DNA of 63,808 nt, the filler included, from Klebsormidium nitens (Eukaryota; Plantae; Klebsormidiophyceae): assembly GCA_000708835.1 (NCBI GenBank). It is 6 parts of 6 records of this genome, joined end to end, with 100 filler letters (N's around TTAATTAATTAA, not from the genome) between each part and the next. Parts side by side here need not be neighbours in the genome. Positions count along the whole stretch, not along the records: positions 36,066 to 50,313 come from DF237888.1; 5 more parts are not named here. One strand, written 5' to 3'. The notes beneath the pieces were generated by a model. That model saw only the letters and a program-made list of their open reading frames with translations. It made no database searches and was not told the DNA's origin. This document shows, in pieces, positions 36,241 to 48,027 of the stretch. The position numbers and the translations under genes were made by a program. Within the stretch, counting starts at the first letter, position 1. Every line of letters begins with the position of its first letter.

Positions 36241-37690
36241 AAAATGGAGGAGACTGGTCCACCCGGTGGCTGCAGGTCTGGGGATACTTCTGAAAATGCT
36301 CTGATGCCGCTACAAGGCCTGCGGGTGAGTTGTGGATCAGAGGCTTAACTCGCGAGTTCCTTCGCTCTGCTTAGACCACTTGCAAGTGTGCACGTGTGTC
36401 GCTCATACTACTCACTTCAGACCAATGCTGACCACTCTTTCTGGAGAGCCGTACGTCCACCTGTCGTTTAACGTTAAACAGTACTCTTGCCCCCCTTGCA
36501 TGTGCTTGCAGGTGTTGTACGCGCCTACAAACCTGACTTTCTTTGGCGCAAGTTTGAGGGAGGAGTCCAGCAATCAAGTGGCGGCGGCTGCTTCCAAGAA
36601 GCGGCAGCGCTAAGCGCATCTAAGAGGCGGGGAAGCAGCAGCGCATGCTCGCAGGTGACCAGCTGGTAAGCAGGTCTTAAGGGCTTGATGCTGTGAGCGT
36701 TTAGAACTCATTGTGCAGGTTTGAGCGCTGGCCCAAGGTATGCAACGAATCCTGACTTGCTATCTGGACAGCATATACAGGAGAGGCACGAGCTTTTGCA
36801 TCTAACTAATCCACAGGTGGAATGAGTGGAGACGCACTGGTGTGAGGACCCGTTGATTGACAAATCACACCGCCCCGATCAGCTCGCTTGCACACAACAC
36901 TCCTGATTTTGCTCTCAGCTAGCCATGTGTGAACGCCGCCCTTGCTCTTGATCAGCTCGAGGCTCCATTCCGGATCGATCAGCGAAACTCCAGCTGCCAA
37001 TCTGGACAGCAGACAGGAAGCCTTGATTAACGCGCTCTCCAGTGTCTGCCGCCTCCATATGCTCCTGGAGTGAAGGCTCAGCACTTGCACACACTTCTAA
37101 CCATGCCTGTCCACTCTCGCAGGTGGAGGGGACTTGTGAAGAGGGAATCCTTCCAGGGCGCTCCGTTTCGCTGGAAAGCGAGGTTATGCATAAACGAAGC
37201 CGCAGAGCCTGGGGTTGTGCGCGCCATCGTAGAAGAGGTGAGATGGTGCCAAACATTTGCGTGCCCAGAGTAGACAGGAGAGACGGGTCACTTGTTTGAC
37301 CATCACCAGGGTCACGTTTGTTGGGCAGAAAGAAGGGATCTTGTGACAGCCACGTATTTTTATCGGCCACCCGCGTCGGGTTAGTTGGCGGACAGGATAG
37401 GCTGAAGAGAAAGCGCGACTGCTCCTTACCATCAATTTCCTTTTGAACGTGTTGGCAGACAGAGAGACAGGACAGACAACAAAGGCACGTGTGTCTCTCC
37501 TGTCGCCGTTTATGACCCCCAGCTCTTCCTCTGCAGGTGGTTGGCGGTTCTGCAGAGGAGGGAGCCCTTTGCTTTGCCTTGTGCAAGCGCGTGTGTGGAG
37601 AACCGCGTGGACGCGGTGCAGAGCGGCGGGGCCAGCGATGCAGAGTCGAGCGCGGACACTTTGTGTGATTCGGGCCTTATGCCCATTGGG
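36241..37690 (+). CDS. Possible spliced gene of unknown product
   Basis: Several GC-rich segments bounded by pyrimidine-tract/CAG acceptors and GTGAG/GTAAG donors (~36241-36325, 36511-36667, 37122-37237, 37537-37690); phases not fully reconciled. Confidence 0.3.
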
Positions 37691-38175
37691 GTAAGAGTCC
37701 CGCACTCGCTACCTGCCACCGCAATGTTTTTGCTCATTGTGGAGCTTCAACATATTGGTTGATGTACACGTTCCTTGTATGACAAAGCCTTTTTGGACGT
37801 GTACGTTGATCAGCATGAAGTCTCAGGGTGGTGTACATTCGTTGTGATTCAATTACGATCACGCTTGTTGTTGACTTTTGAAAGCGGATTTAACATATTG
37901 GTTGATGTACATTGTTTTCTCGAGGGAACGCCCCATCTGCAAAGCTTCTGATTAGCATTGATTGTGCTCACTTCGTGATCGTCCACGAGATTAGTCTCAT
38001 GAGGATCATTGTCTGTTAGCTTGCAGCAATTGTACAGCCTGCTTCATTGCTGAAGGTTGTGCAGCTTGTCATTTCGTGTATAACCGTTATTATCTGTTTT
38101 ACTACCTGCCCTGAAGGCATGTTTTTCTTCAAGAAGGCATGCCCAACTCTCTAATGACGACTCTTTTCCTTCCAG

Positions 38176-38420
38176 GTGGCGGCGGACCGTTTTCGCGAGC
38201 TGGGCTACCCCGTTCTCTCGGTCGAGATCATGTGGGACCGTGAATCGGACGAGAAGAAAGTCAACCTCCCGGGCGCCTGGCAGACATCCACGCTAACCAG
38301 TGCGCGCCGTTCACAACGGCCTCCCAATCAACGTAATAGATGTGCCCTGCTCGCGGTCGAAGTGGAGCCGTAAAGTTCCATGTTATTTTGTAGGGCGTTA
38401 GTATTGGATATTGGTTGGTG
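38176..38420 (+). pseudogene. Remnant of a Prim-Pol N-terminus, paralogous to 48028-48360
   Basis: ELGYPVLSVEIMWDRESDEKKVNLPGAWQTST aligns by eye with NVGLYAIPVRLFWNAEKGTKEVDFPKNYAHIT. Confidence 0.5.
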
Positions 38421-41400
38421 TACATTCTTCCACAATCTTGGTGATTCCATGTGAATGTACACCAACCACTTCAAACCTGCGGCAATTGTTAATGTATGTA
38501 CGCTTATTTCCAACACGCCCCCCTTGCTATTGCGTGCTCGAAGGCTGAAACAATCGTGATCATTGCTAAGAGCTTGGACGCGCAAACACCAAGTCCGTGC
38601 CGTGGTCCGTAGTAGAGCTTGCATGATGTGAGAGTTAAATGATCCCATATTCCATCCACTTGATTCCGAACACTCACTTAAGAACAAAAGCCAATATGTT
38701 ACCCTTTGTTCCAAAGTAAGTAACCTATAATCTTCTTTTGAATAGTCTCATAATGTAAAATGAGATAATGTATGGTATGGTCTTACTACATACATATTCG
38801 CAACGAGGTCACAAGGGACAAAAGCCGTACTGCTTATCTGTTATAATTTTCTTCTTAAAAATCAATTATAATATCTACTATCTTTTTCGGTATGGCCTTA
38901 CTACATACATATTTGCAACAAGGTCCCAAAAGGACAAAGTTGTAATGCTTATCTGTTATAATTTTCTTCTGGACAGAGGAAAAAAATTATAACAGATAAC
39001 AGTACGAGAGTGTTTGACCCCCGGCAACTTTGCGAATATGTATGTATGTATCAAAAGGCTATCCGATTTAATTTCCCGCTTCCCCACGCCCCCTCCGGGG
39101 CCTGGGTCGGCCGGTGCGCCCCCACCCTTGGGTCGGCTGCTTACCCCTAAGCTTGTATAGTCACCCTGGCCGCTCCGCTCCGGTTCCCCCAGTCCCCCGG
39201 TTCGCACCCCGCCCTCGTCCAGGCTGGTCGCTTACCCTTAAGGTTGTAGCCGCCGGCCGCTCCGCTCCGGGCCCCGCCCCCTCCTAGGCCGGTTGCTTAC
39301 CTCTAAGCTCGTGCTCGCCGCCACTCCGCTCCCGGTCCCACCCAGCTGTTTCGTATCCCTAAGTTAGTGAGGCCCAAGGGTCTGTCCCGTCTGTCATGTC
39401 TGTAGGCTCCGAAGACTGCAAATTTCCAACATAATGCAAGGGATGGGGCCGATAACTCACGAAACATATGACATATACCTGCCTGTCCCGTCTGACCTGT
39501 CTGTGGCCTTCGTAAATTACAGAATTCCGACATAATGAGTCGCTTGGGGCCGGTAAGTCGCGACGCTTGTGACATTTACCTGTCTGTCCCGTAACATTGT
39601 GAGAAAGGTAGCTCTTTGGGTCCACCTCAGGTTGTCATCACTTTCAGCACGTCAGAGCAGCAACCCACGTTGCTTGTACAAACGAAGGACATTAGCCAGG
39701 TTGATAATTAGGAGGCTGCAATTCAGTGTTTAACGGAATAGGGCCAGCTGCAATGACGCATTGTGGCATAATGCTTCAGCTTACTATCGAGTGTGCCAGC
39801 TGGTAGTGGCACGAGAAGGGGCAGCGAGGCGATAGGTGGCTGCCTCATGTCAATTTTGCCAGCTGGCAGGTGCAAAAGAAGGCGCTGCGCAGCATTCTGC
39901 AGCTCGCTTCTGAGTTGGGTTTGCAAGCTAAGATTGGCATGAGCTGGCGCAGGCGGCAATCTGTGGATGCCTGCCTTGTAGTATTCAAAAAGGCAGCTGG
40001 CGCTGGCAAGCGGTGGCGGAGGGCGGCACGCAATGGCGGCCTCCAACCACCTTGCATGCTTGCCAAGTGTCTGGAGAGGACTGTGAGTCAGCAGCCGGCT
40101 GACTTGGCAGAGGTGGCGGTGGCGCACCATGGCGTCCTGTGGCGCTGTTGTGTGGCAGCTCTTTCAAACTGCCAGATTGAGCCACAATACTTCCTCACCT
40201 TACAACCTTTCTAGAACCATCAAAAGACCCCAAAGTTGAGAGCCCCCTCCTACCTGAAAGCGCACCTGAAGAGAGTGAATCATTGGACAGCATTTTTGAA
40301 GGTAAGCTACTTCTGCTTCCTGACAAGCTTGTGTGAAGCATTGGGCAGGCTGACGAACTTTGCTTTTGCTCGTCATTTCTTTGCTGAACATGTGATCCTT
40401 TCACATCTAGCAGGACAATGGAAGCTGGTTGCAATCAGCTTATGTGCACAAGTTTGAATCTTCATGCATCTCACTCTGCCACTGTCTCCTTTTATCTGGC
40501 TCCTCAATCTGAGTAGGGCATGTGGTCGACCACTTTACACGACCTGCCATACTCTTGTTGTACATCCGATCCTCTGTCCTGTGTTACTCTGCATTGTGCC
40601 TTGGCTCGCAACAAACTGGATAGTCAAGTGCTGGGCACTGCTGCTCAGCGGAAGTGACTACTCTGAGTCGTTCCGAAAGAGTGATCACAACTGCGCCTTT
40701 GTGCAATGAAATTAGATCTGCCCTGCACCACTTGTTAGCAGAGCTTCAACATTATGCGTCCTCATGTTTTTTTTTGTATACTGAAATCAGCAGACAAGCT
40801 TGTGCTTTTCAGAGGTGTGCGATTTCCCTCAGCGGGGGCACGCAGGCACGTCCTGACCGACATCACACATGGCAAGAGCCCCAAGCACTGCGCCTACAGC
40901 AGCAGCCTAGGGTGCTTGTGCCTTGTACTGTGTTTTGTTTTTGGAGATACGTGCATCTCCCGCGGTTAAGGCTCAAGAGCAATCTGCTGCTGAGCAGAAG
41001 TGTCCGATTCCCTCTGCAGACGTCTGCAACCACATCCTGCCCGGCGTCACCCACTGGCAGAGCCCCAACTGAGATTCGAAAGCAGGCACTCATCAAGGGC
41101 GGCAGAGAAATAGCTTTGGCCGAGCATCACTGTTTTGTCAAGCCAATCAACATGCATGCTTGAGTGCCGCGCTGTGGAAGGTCGCAGATGGTGGGTGAGT
41201 TTTCAAATCCTCTCTCACTTTTACGTCGTGAGGGTGATTGTTCCAGGCTTGGGTCCAACCAAAGCGGATAGCAAAGGTTTTCTGGTCCCATGTAAAGCTG
41301 TGAATGAAGCCTTCTCCTGTTCTTCAACCTTCCAGCAATCGAGGCTGATGGTGTATGCTATGTGCTTTCATTTACCTTGAGATTTTATGCATCAACTTTT

Positions 41401-41689
41401 CCAAGCAACTAGGCCTGTCAAAGCCCTTGATAGGTCTGTTTGTGTTGTCACGAGCAGGTTCCCCAGCAAACAGCGCAAAGCATGCAAGTCGTACTGCTTC
41501 TCAAATGCCGGTGACGAGCCTCAATTCTCAAATGCGCAGAATTAGCAAATTAGCGCAAGCTGACTGGCATCCGCTGTCAGGCAGATCTGACGCCCGCTGT
41601 CGGGCTGACGTGTTGCTTGTTGTGGGGCTGCTTGAGGGCTGAATTGAGCGCTTGCTGTGAAGTTTATTTGCCGCACTCTGTTGGGCTAA

Positions 41690-42060
41690 TTTGAGGCCCG
41701 CTGTTGGACTGGTTTTGGAACCGCTATTGCGGTGATTAGAGTCCGTTGTCATCTGATTTGGGGCCCGCTGTTGGGCTGGTTGCGGGGCCCGCTTTTGGGC
41801 TAATTTAGGGCCCATTGTCATTCATGAATTGGGGCCTTCTGTCGGGTTGAAGTAGGTCCCGCTATCGGGGCTGATTTTTAGCTCTTATCAGACTGATTCA
41901 ATGCCGCTGCCGGGCTGATTTTGAGCCAGCTGTTGGGCTGATTGCGGCCCCGCTGTGGGGCTCATTTGAAGCTTGCTTTGGAGGTTTCGCTGTGGCTTGC
42001 TGTACCCGGCTGATCTTGGGCCTGCCATGGGGGGTGTTAAGATTTGTTGGGCTGATTTGT
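41690..42060. repeat. Degenerate short tandem repeats of GGCCCGCTGTTGGGCT
   Basis: Multiple variants of GGGCCCGCTGTTGGGCTG at irregular ~20-40-bp spacing. Confidence 0.7.
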
Positions 42061-42186
42061 TGCACGTAGTTACGCTGATCCAGCGCCCGCTGTCAAGAAG
42101 CTTAGACGTCATGCACGTTTTAAAAGCTCGCACTCGCAGCTATGATGATCAAGTGCTAACTCGTCATCCCCGGCCTTGGATTGCAG

Positions 42187-42684
42187 ATCATGGAATGTGA
42201 GCTCTGGAAGAAAGATGGTGGTTGCTTCATTTGCCTTGAACAGCATGCAAACGAGTCAAAGAGGTGCTGCAAGAGCTTCGTGTCGAAGCAAGCTTTGGAA
42301 GGCCACCGCAAGCGAACAGGGTGTGAGCCTTGGAAGCTACCTAGCGATCGTGTGCCCTCCAAGTATCGCGGCCTGGAGCCGGAAGCGGCTTGTCACTTGA
42401 AGCGTCAGAGCAACAGGGCAGCCGTGTCAAAGTACCGGACGACCCTCGATGGGGAGCGAGCCGTCCATCGTGCACGGCACATAGCCAACTACCGCCTCAT
42501 GGCACGCGATGCCGTGCCCGCTCTCCCGATGCCCAAAGCACCGGTTTACGTTCGGCCGCCTATCTCGTGGCTCATTGCCGATGCTGAGATCTTTGCGCAG
42601 GATCTGAAGGAGAAGTTTGATCGGGGCGGGATCGTGCTGAGCCACGCGACATGGTCCCTGCGGTTTCATCCAGACAAGGTAGAG
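42187..42684 (+). CDS. Exon encoding Zn-finger-like, basic and HPDK motifs
   Basis: TTGCAG acceptor and GTGAGT donor; CCKSFVSKQALEGHRKRTGC, KRQSNRAAVSKYR, LRFHPDK. Confidence 0.5.
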
Positions 42685-42941
42685 GTGAGTCGACTCTTTC
42701 GCTTTGGTTTCGCCTTGGATCAGAAGTGTCACTGATAGTCAGGCTGGCAAATCGTGTACATTTTCCATGAATCAGAGTACATCGCTCAATATTTCGGTCG
42801 ATTGGTCAAGGTTTCGTGTACATACACTTTCATCGATCGAATGACCTTTTGCAAACAGAGGAAGAGTCGACAGCGAGATAGGGACCTGTAGCGTGGTCGA
42901 CGTCATCATGAGCGTCAGCTCGCATGGAGCCCCTTTTTCAC

Positions 42942-43680
42942 CCCAAGCCGTGCTTTTTGTTAAGGGGGTATTTGAGTCGATGGCGGGCTTGTCTTTTTGT
43001 TCTGCTTGAAGTTTTTAGATGTATAGATCAGCCTGTGCAAATTGTCAGGGGCAAGTCTTGCAAATCCCACCCCAAGCCGTGCTTTTGTTGAAGGGTATTT
43101 GAGTCGATGGCGGGGGCTTGTCAAATTGCACTGTTTGAAGATTCTTTATGTATAGAAAGCCTGTACAATTTGTCAGAAGCGAGTCTTACGAGTTCGACCC
43201 CAAGCCGTGCTTTTTGGCACCATCAGAGTCGCTGGTGCACCGCTTGAAGATTCTTTACGTAGAGAATTATCAGGCGCGAGGGTGACGAATTCGACTTGGT
43301 CCCAAGCCGTGCACTTTGTTGGGGCTCTGATGCAGGGCTTGTCAGTATGCACTGATTGAAAATTCTGGGTGTATAGAAGAGCCTGTGCAAATTGTCAGGT
43401 GCCAGTTTCGACCCCAGGCCGTGCACTTTTTTGGGGCTTTGATGCAGGCTTGTCAATTTGCATTGGTTGGAGATTCTAGATGTATAGGATAGCCTGTGCA
43501 AATTGTCAAGTAAGGCTTCGACCCCCAAGCCGTGCGCTTTTCTGAACAATATTATAGTCGATCGTGGGGGTTGTCAATTTGCACTGGTTGAAGATTCTGG
43601 ATGTGTAGGACAGCCTGTGCAATTCATCAGGGCCAGGCTTCGCCCCCAAGCGGTGTGCTTTATTTTTGAGAGTGACCAAA
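42942..43680. repeat. Tandem array, 7 units of 102-129 bp
   Basis: CCCAAGCCGTGC-like anchors at 42942, 43071, 43199, 43301, 43413, 43524, 43645; AGCCTGTGCAAATTGTCAG recurs. Confidence 0.9.
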
Positions 43681-43699
43681 AGTCGCGGCCGAGTTCGGC

Positions 43700-44170
43700 A
43701 ATTTGTATACATTCTTCATCAATCAGAGTACATAACTCAACATTCTAGCTGATTAGTGTACATTTTTCTCCAATCAGTGTACATCAACGGATGTTTCGCT
43801 CGATTGGACAAGGAATCGTGTACATCTCCCCTTATCAACTGCGGCATCTTTTTCGAGTAGGGGAGGAGTGGGAGCATCTTCAGCAATTCGTGTACATTTT
43901 TAATCAATCAGAATACATAACCCAAATCTTTGATTGGTCGTGTACATTTCCCTCAAGAAGCTACGCGTTCATCGATTGGACATACCGCCGCTTTGAACGT
44001 TCGAGGTTTCATCATCGGTAGGAATGGCAAAACGTGTACATACTTCATCAATGAGTGTATGTCACTCATCAATCAGTGTACATCACCCAATATTCTAACT
44101 CGATTGGACAAGGAATCGTGTACATTATTTTTTATTGACTGCAGCATCATTTTCGAGCAGGGAAGGAGTG
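43700..44170. repeat. TGTACAT/CAATCAG repeat cluster
   Basis: GATTGGACAAGGAATCGTGTACAT twice, TTTTCGAG(T/C)AGGG(G/A)AGGAGTGGGAGCA twice; related motifs at 42750-42825 and, inverted, at 37750-37920. Confidence 0.75.
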
Positions 44171-44606
44171 GGGAGCACCTCCGGCGATTTGTTCAGCACT
44201 TCACGGGCTCTTCAAACGGCCTGAACCACGAGCAATCAAAGGCTTGCTACGCTACCGAATTGTTTGCCCCGCTCAACGACGAGCGATTCAAGCCCGGTCG
44301 GACCGCTCAAAAGGCCGGTGGCATGCTGTGGAGAGCGTGGTTGTCGGTCGAATGTGCACTCATCGACGACTACTTAGAATATCTGGTCGAGTTCGACGAG
44401 TTCATAGCAAAGGCAAAGCAAGCGAGCCAAGAGCTAGAACGGGCACGTGAGAGGTGGATTCATGAGAGGCTCGAGCAAAAGTTCAAGAACTCGAAGGCAT
44501 ATAAGAGATGTATGAACAATCGAAGTACCGAGTAGAAGTAGCGAGACGGATGTTTGCAATGGTACCTTGTGAATTTTCTTTGCGAACGATATTCCAACCG
44601 TTTTAA

Positions 44607-45533
44607 ATGGATGCAATCCTTGGTTATCGCCCATTGAATCGGGCTGCAATCCTCGAGATGGATCGTCATGTACTCGAATCTGCACGGTCCGCAATCGTGC
44701 GGGCATATCAAGAATTCGGATTGCTTAGTACAATTTTGGATGCTGCTGCCTTAGGTGGCATGCGAGGACTCCATAGTTTGGACATACGGCCATTTTGCTT
44801 CAAAAATACCCGTATTATACGTTTTTTGTCGCCTTCTCAAAAAACTTCAAAAATACGGCCATTTTCCAACCCTGAAGGTCGCGGCCCCTTTTTTTGTCTC
44901 AAAGCAGCCAGAAGCTCCAATTAAGAGGGATTAATGGTGCACACTTATGTGAGGATCTTATCGATTTATCGGGCACTCAAATGTTGATGTTAGTTGTTTC
45001 AATCAGGCACAAATGTTGTCAGTTTTGAAAAAGGCATGACGTACTTTTGCCGTATTTTCATTTTCGCTGTCAAAAATACTCAAAAATACTTGGTTTTTGA
45101 CCCCTCTGAAAAATACCCGTATTCCGTATGTCCAAACTATGGAGGACTCACACATCCATTCAATCTAGGCCACATAACTCGTGCTCTAGTGAGATCCCTC
45201 ATTGCGGAAGGCTTCAACGCCTGGTGGGACAAGAGCGGCTTGAATGGCCCGTACGGAGTGAAAGTGGACTGGAGAGTCGCATTAAACAGCGCACAACGCG
45301 CCAGACGCCGGGCTCGCCGTCTACGCTCCAAGGTTCGAGAGGTTTCGCATGAGGTCGAGAGCCCTCTCCCGACGGCTGGCAAATACCATGATGATTGCTA
45401 CGAGTCTCCACGATATGCCTCTAGCGTTGCTTGGACTGATGATGTTGAGCCAATCTTGGACTTGGACATGCTTGCAAATCTAGAGAAGGCTCGCGTGGCC
45501 GAGGAATCTCCAGACAGCTCCTCCCCCAGATAA
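44607..45533 (+). pseudogene. Gene X copy 2 (182 aa once the MITE is removed)
   Basis: Joining 44607-44771 to 45150-45533 gives an uninterrupted ORF (..GMRGL|THPFNLGHITRALVRSL..) colinear with gene X copy 1. Confidence 0.85.
44772..45141. mobile_element. MITE family 2, 370 bp, perfect 18-bp TIR, 8-bp TSD
   Basis: CATAGTTTGGACATACGG / CCGTATGTCCAAACTATG; TSD GAGGACTC at 44764-44771 and 45142-45149. Confidence 0.95.
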
Positions 45534-45799
45534 TAGGATGGCTTAAAAAGCCTCATTCAATGAAAAATGTACATCCATATTCATAGTATCCAGCCATATT
45601 CATATTTCGTACGAAAACATATTAGTCATTTTGCTTTTTAGCCGGCTTCTACAGGTCATGATAACCGTTTTCACCTTTAAAAGCTGCTACGGATCTCAGC
45701 TTGGTTGATTCGATTTTGAACATCAAAATTCACATTATCTGAGGTTGGGGAATTGGCGTTGGTTAAAATTTTCTTGGCAGTATCCAGAAAACGTGAAAG

Positions 45800-46854
45800 A
45801 TGCAAGAACTTGCTGAAAGCACACGCCATATAACCACCGTAACCAAGGGTGAAAGGCTGCTACGCACGGTCTTTGATGACGGCACTCGAAAAGAGCTCAC
45901 GATCCAACAGTACATGAAGCATGTTATGCGTCTGTTTCAGAGTTTCAAAAGACAGCAAGACTTCAACAGCTTGGGTTGGATTCAAGATGCCGATGCAATC
46001 ATCCGGTACTTTCAGGAGACATATTCTACCAAACTCTCCATGCAAGCCACCGGAATAACCCCCCTTTAGTTGTTGTGCGTAAAGCATTTCCGAATGACAA
46101 ACAACTCTATGATGCTTACTATAAGCGGTACACTGAGGTTCGAAAGCTCATGGATGAGTCGAAGCCCCCTTCCCAGCAGTTGACGGAGCGCGAAGCATCA
46201 AACTGGAAAACTTTGGATCAAATTAATGAGCGAAGAGTGGAGCTGCAGCGGCACGTCAATCGCAAGTTCCTGCACAAAAAGCCCAAAGAGTTGACCACCG
46301 AGGACAAGATCACACTCATCCGCCATTTGATCTTGTGCCTCTTTACGTATCAGCCGGCTGTCCGCAACGACTACTCAGAGTGCCAGATCATCCGCTTCGA
46401 GGATATCGGAACCCCTGAGGCACGCGAGCTCATATCCGGCTCCAGAAACTACATGTTGGAATTTGAAAGGGACCAATTTCGTCTTGTTCTGAAAGATTTC
46501 AAGACAGTGAAGCACCACGGCCCGACAACCATTGACATGTCGACGAGAAGTAACAACGTGATTGCTGAAAGCCTCCAGGTGTTTCCACGAAAGTATCTCC
46601 TGTCTCGCATGAGGGCACCGGATAAGCCAATGAGCAGAAATTATCTCACCAAATTCTGCTCGACCGGGCTCTTTAAAGACGCGGCTGTTGGCAGTTGTCT
46701 TTTACGGAAGATTTGCGTCTCAACCGCAATGAAGGATGCCCCAAGCTTGCGAGAACGAGATGAATTGGCACAACAAATGTTGCATACCGCCTCTATTGCT
46801 CAGAGAGTGTATGAGAAAAAGTACCTCCCTGATGGATCAAAGATACGATTCTGA
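45800..46854 (+). CDS. Tyrosine recombinase (virophage/PLV/NCLDV-like) with one frameshift
   Basis: PAVRND (R), DFKTVK (K), GSCLLRK (xxxR), MLHT (H), RVYEK (Y); a C6 run at 46059-46064 splits ORFs 45800-46069 and 45976-46854. Confidence 0.88.
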
Positions 46855-46959
46855 CGAATTCGCAACCCACTGAACGTGCTCCGCAATCTGGCAGACGTTT
46901 TAAGATACTTCAATGCTCGTGAACGCATTCAAGAGCTCTGCGCTCGTGCTCATTAAGAC

Positions 46960-47105
46960 ACCTCAATACTTGTGAAGGCGACCAAAGGAAGGCTTGGTGC
47001 TTTGGGATCATCCAAAGTGTCCAAAGAGGACAGCTGAGGCATATCGAATCCAGCATCCATCATCGTTGAGTTGTGGTTTTATGAAGCTTCTTTGTTCGAC
47101 CGGTA
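46960..47105 (-). pseudogene. Partial diverged duplicate of the small ORF at 47564-47866
   Basis: GGAAGGCTTGGTGCTTTGGGATCATCCA...GTTGAGTTGTGGTTTTATGAAGCTTCTTTGTTCGACC matches ~47600-47717. Confidence 0.8.
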
Positions 47106-47112
47106 ACTACTA

Positions 47113-47526
47113 ACTACCCGCAACTACCTTCTTGAGTTTGCAAAGGGCAGCTATAGGCTTCATCTCAACTCGTACAAGACCGATAAAACGCATGGGCCTC
47201 AAATTCTCGACATACCAGTCCGACTAGGCAACGCAATTGCAGAAAGTCTGTCCATCTTCCCTCGAAAGTACCTTCTAAGCCGAATGAGAACACCAGATGC
47301 CCCAATGGGATCGGGATATCTGACCAAGTTTTTGGCGGCCATCTATCCTGATTCAAACATGGGCTCGTGCCTCCTTCGGAAGATCACCGTCAGCAATGCA
47401 ATGCGAGATGCTCCGAGCCTTTCTGAAAGAGACCAGCTCGCAAAATCCATGTTACACACAGCATTGATAGCGATGCGTCACTATGAGCTCAAGTACAGAC
47501 CTGATGGAAGTCGCATCCAATTTTGA
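47113..47526 (+). pseudogene. 5'-truncated second tyrosine recombinase (catalytic C-terminal half)
   Basis: RNYLLEF..YKTDKTHGP..FPRKYLLSRMR..GSCLLRK..MLHT..RHYELKY, colinear with the YR at 45800-46854. Confidence 0.85.
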
Positions 47527-47563
47527 ACGGTTCAAAACGTCCACTGGCCGTTCGTCAGCTCGT

Positions 47564-47866
47564 TTAGGATACTTCGATACCTGCTGGGAACGAGCCCCAA
47601 GGAAGGGTTGGTGCTTTGTGATCATCCAACGTGTTTAAAGAGGCCATTCGAGGCATGTCAAGTCCAGCATCGATCAGTCGTTGAGTTGTGGTCTTATGAA
47701 GCTTCTTTGTTCGACCACTCACGTACCTCTGATACGCCTTGCGTAGTAAAATTGCTTCGTGATGTCGATAATAATATGCCCTCATGTTAGCATTGTGCTG
47801 CTTCGGATGAGTTTTTGCGTATTCCCTGTGCTTTTGGCAAGCTTGACACGGGCATGGAACATGCAT
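47564..47866 (-). CDS. Small basic hypothetical protein with CPCQAC and YYYRHHEAIL motifs
   Basis: 100-aa intronless ORF between the YR and the primase-helicase; its C-terminal part is duplicated at 46960-47105. Confidence 0.6.
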   Translation of the reverse strand: MHVPCPCQACQKHREYAKTHPKQHNANMRAYYYRHHEAILLRKAYQRYVSGRTKKLHKTTTQRLIDAGLDMPRMASLNTLDDHKAPTLPWGSFPAGIEVS

Positions 47867-48027
47867 CTCAGAGATCTTGTCAGAGTCATTCGAAAGTTGT
47901 TGTGCATTTGATGGACCATCTCTAAGTCCTGCTGATATGTGAGATTATTTTTCTTGTGCCTCGACCGCGATCCAGATTTGAGGTGCGTTCAATTGACGCA
48001 TTTTTTTTTCTTGCGTTACACAAGAAC

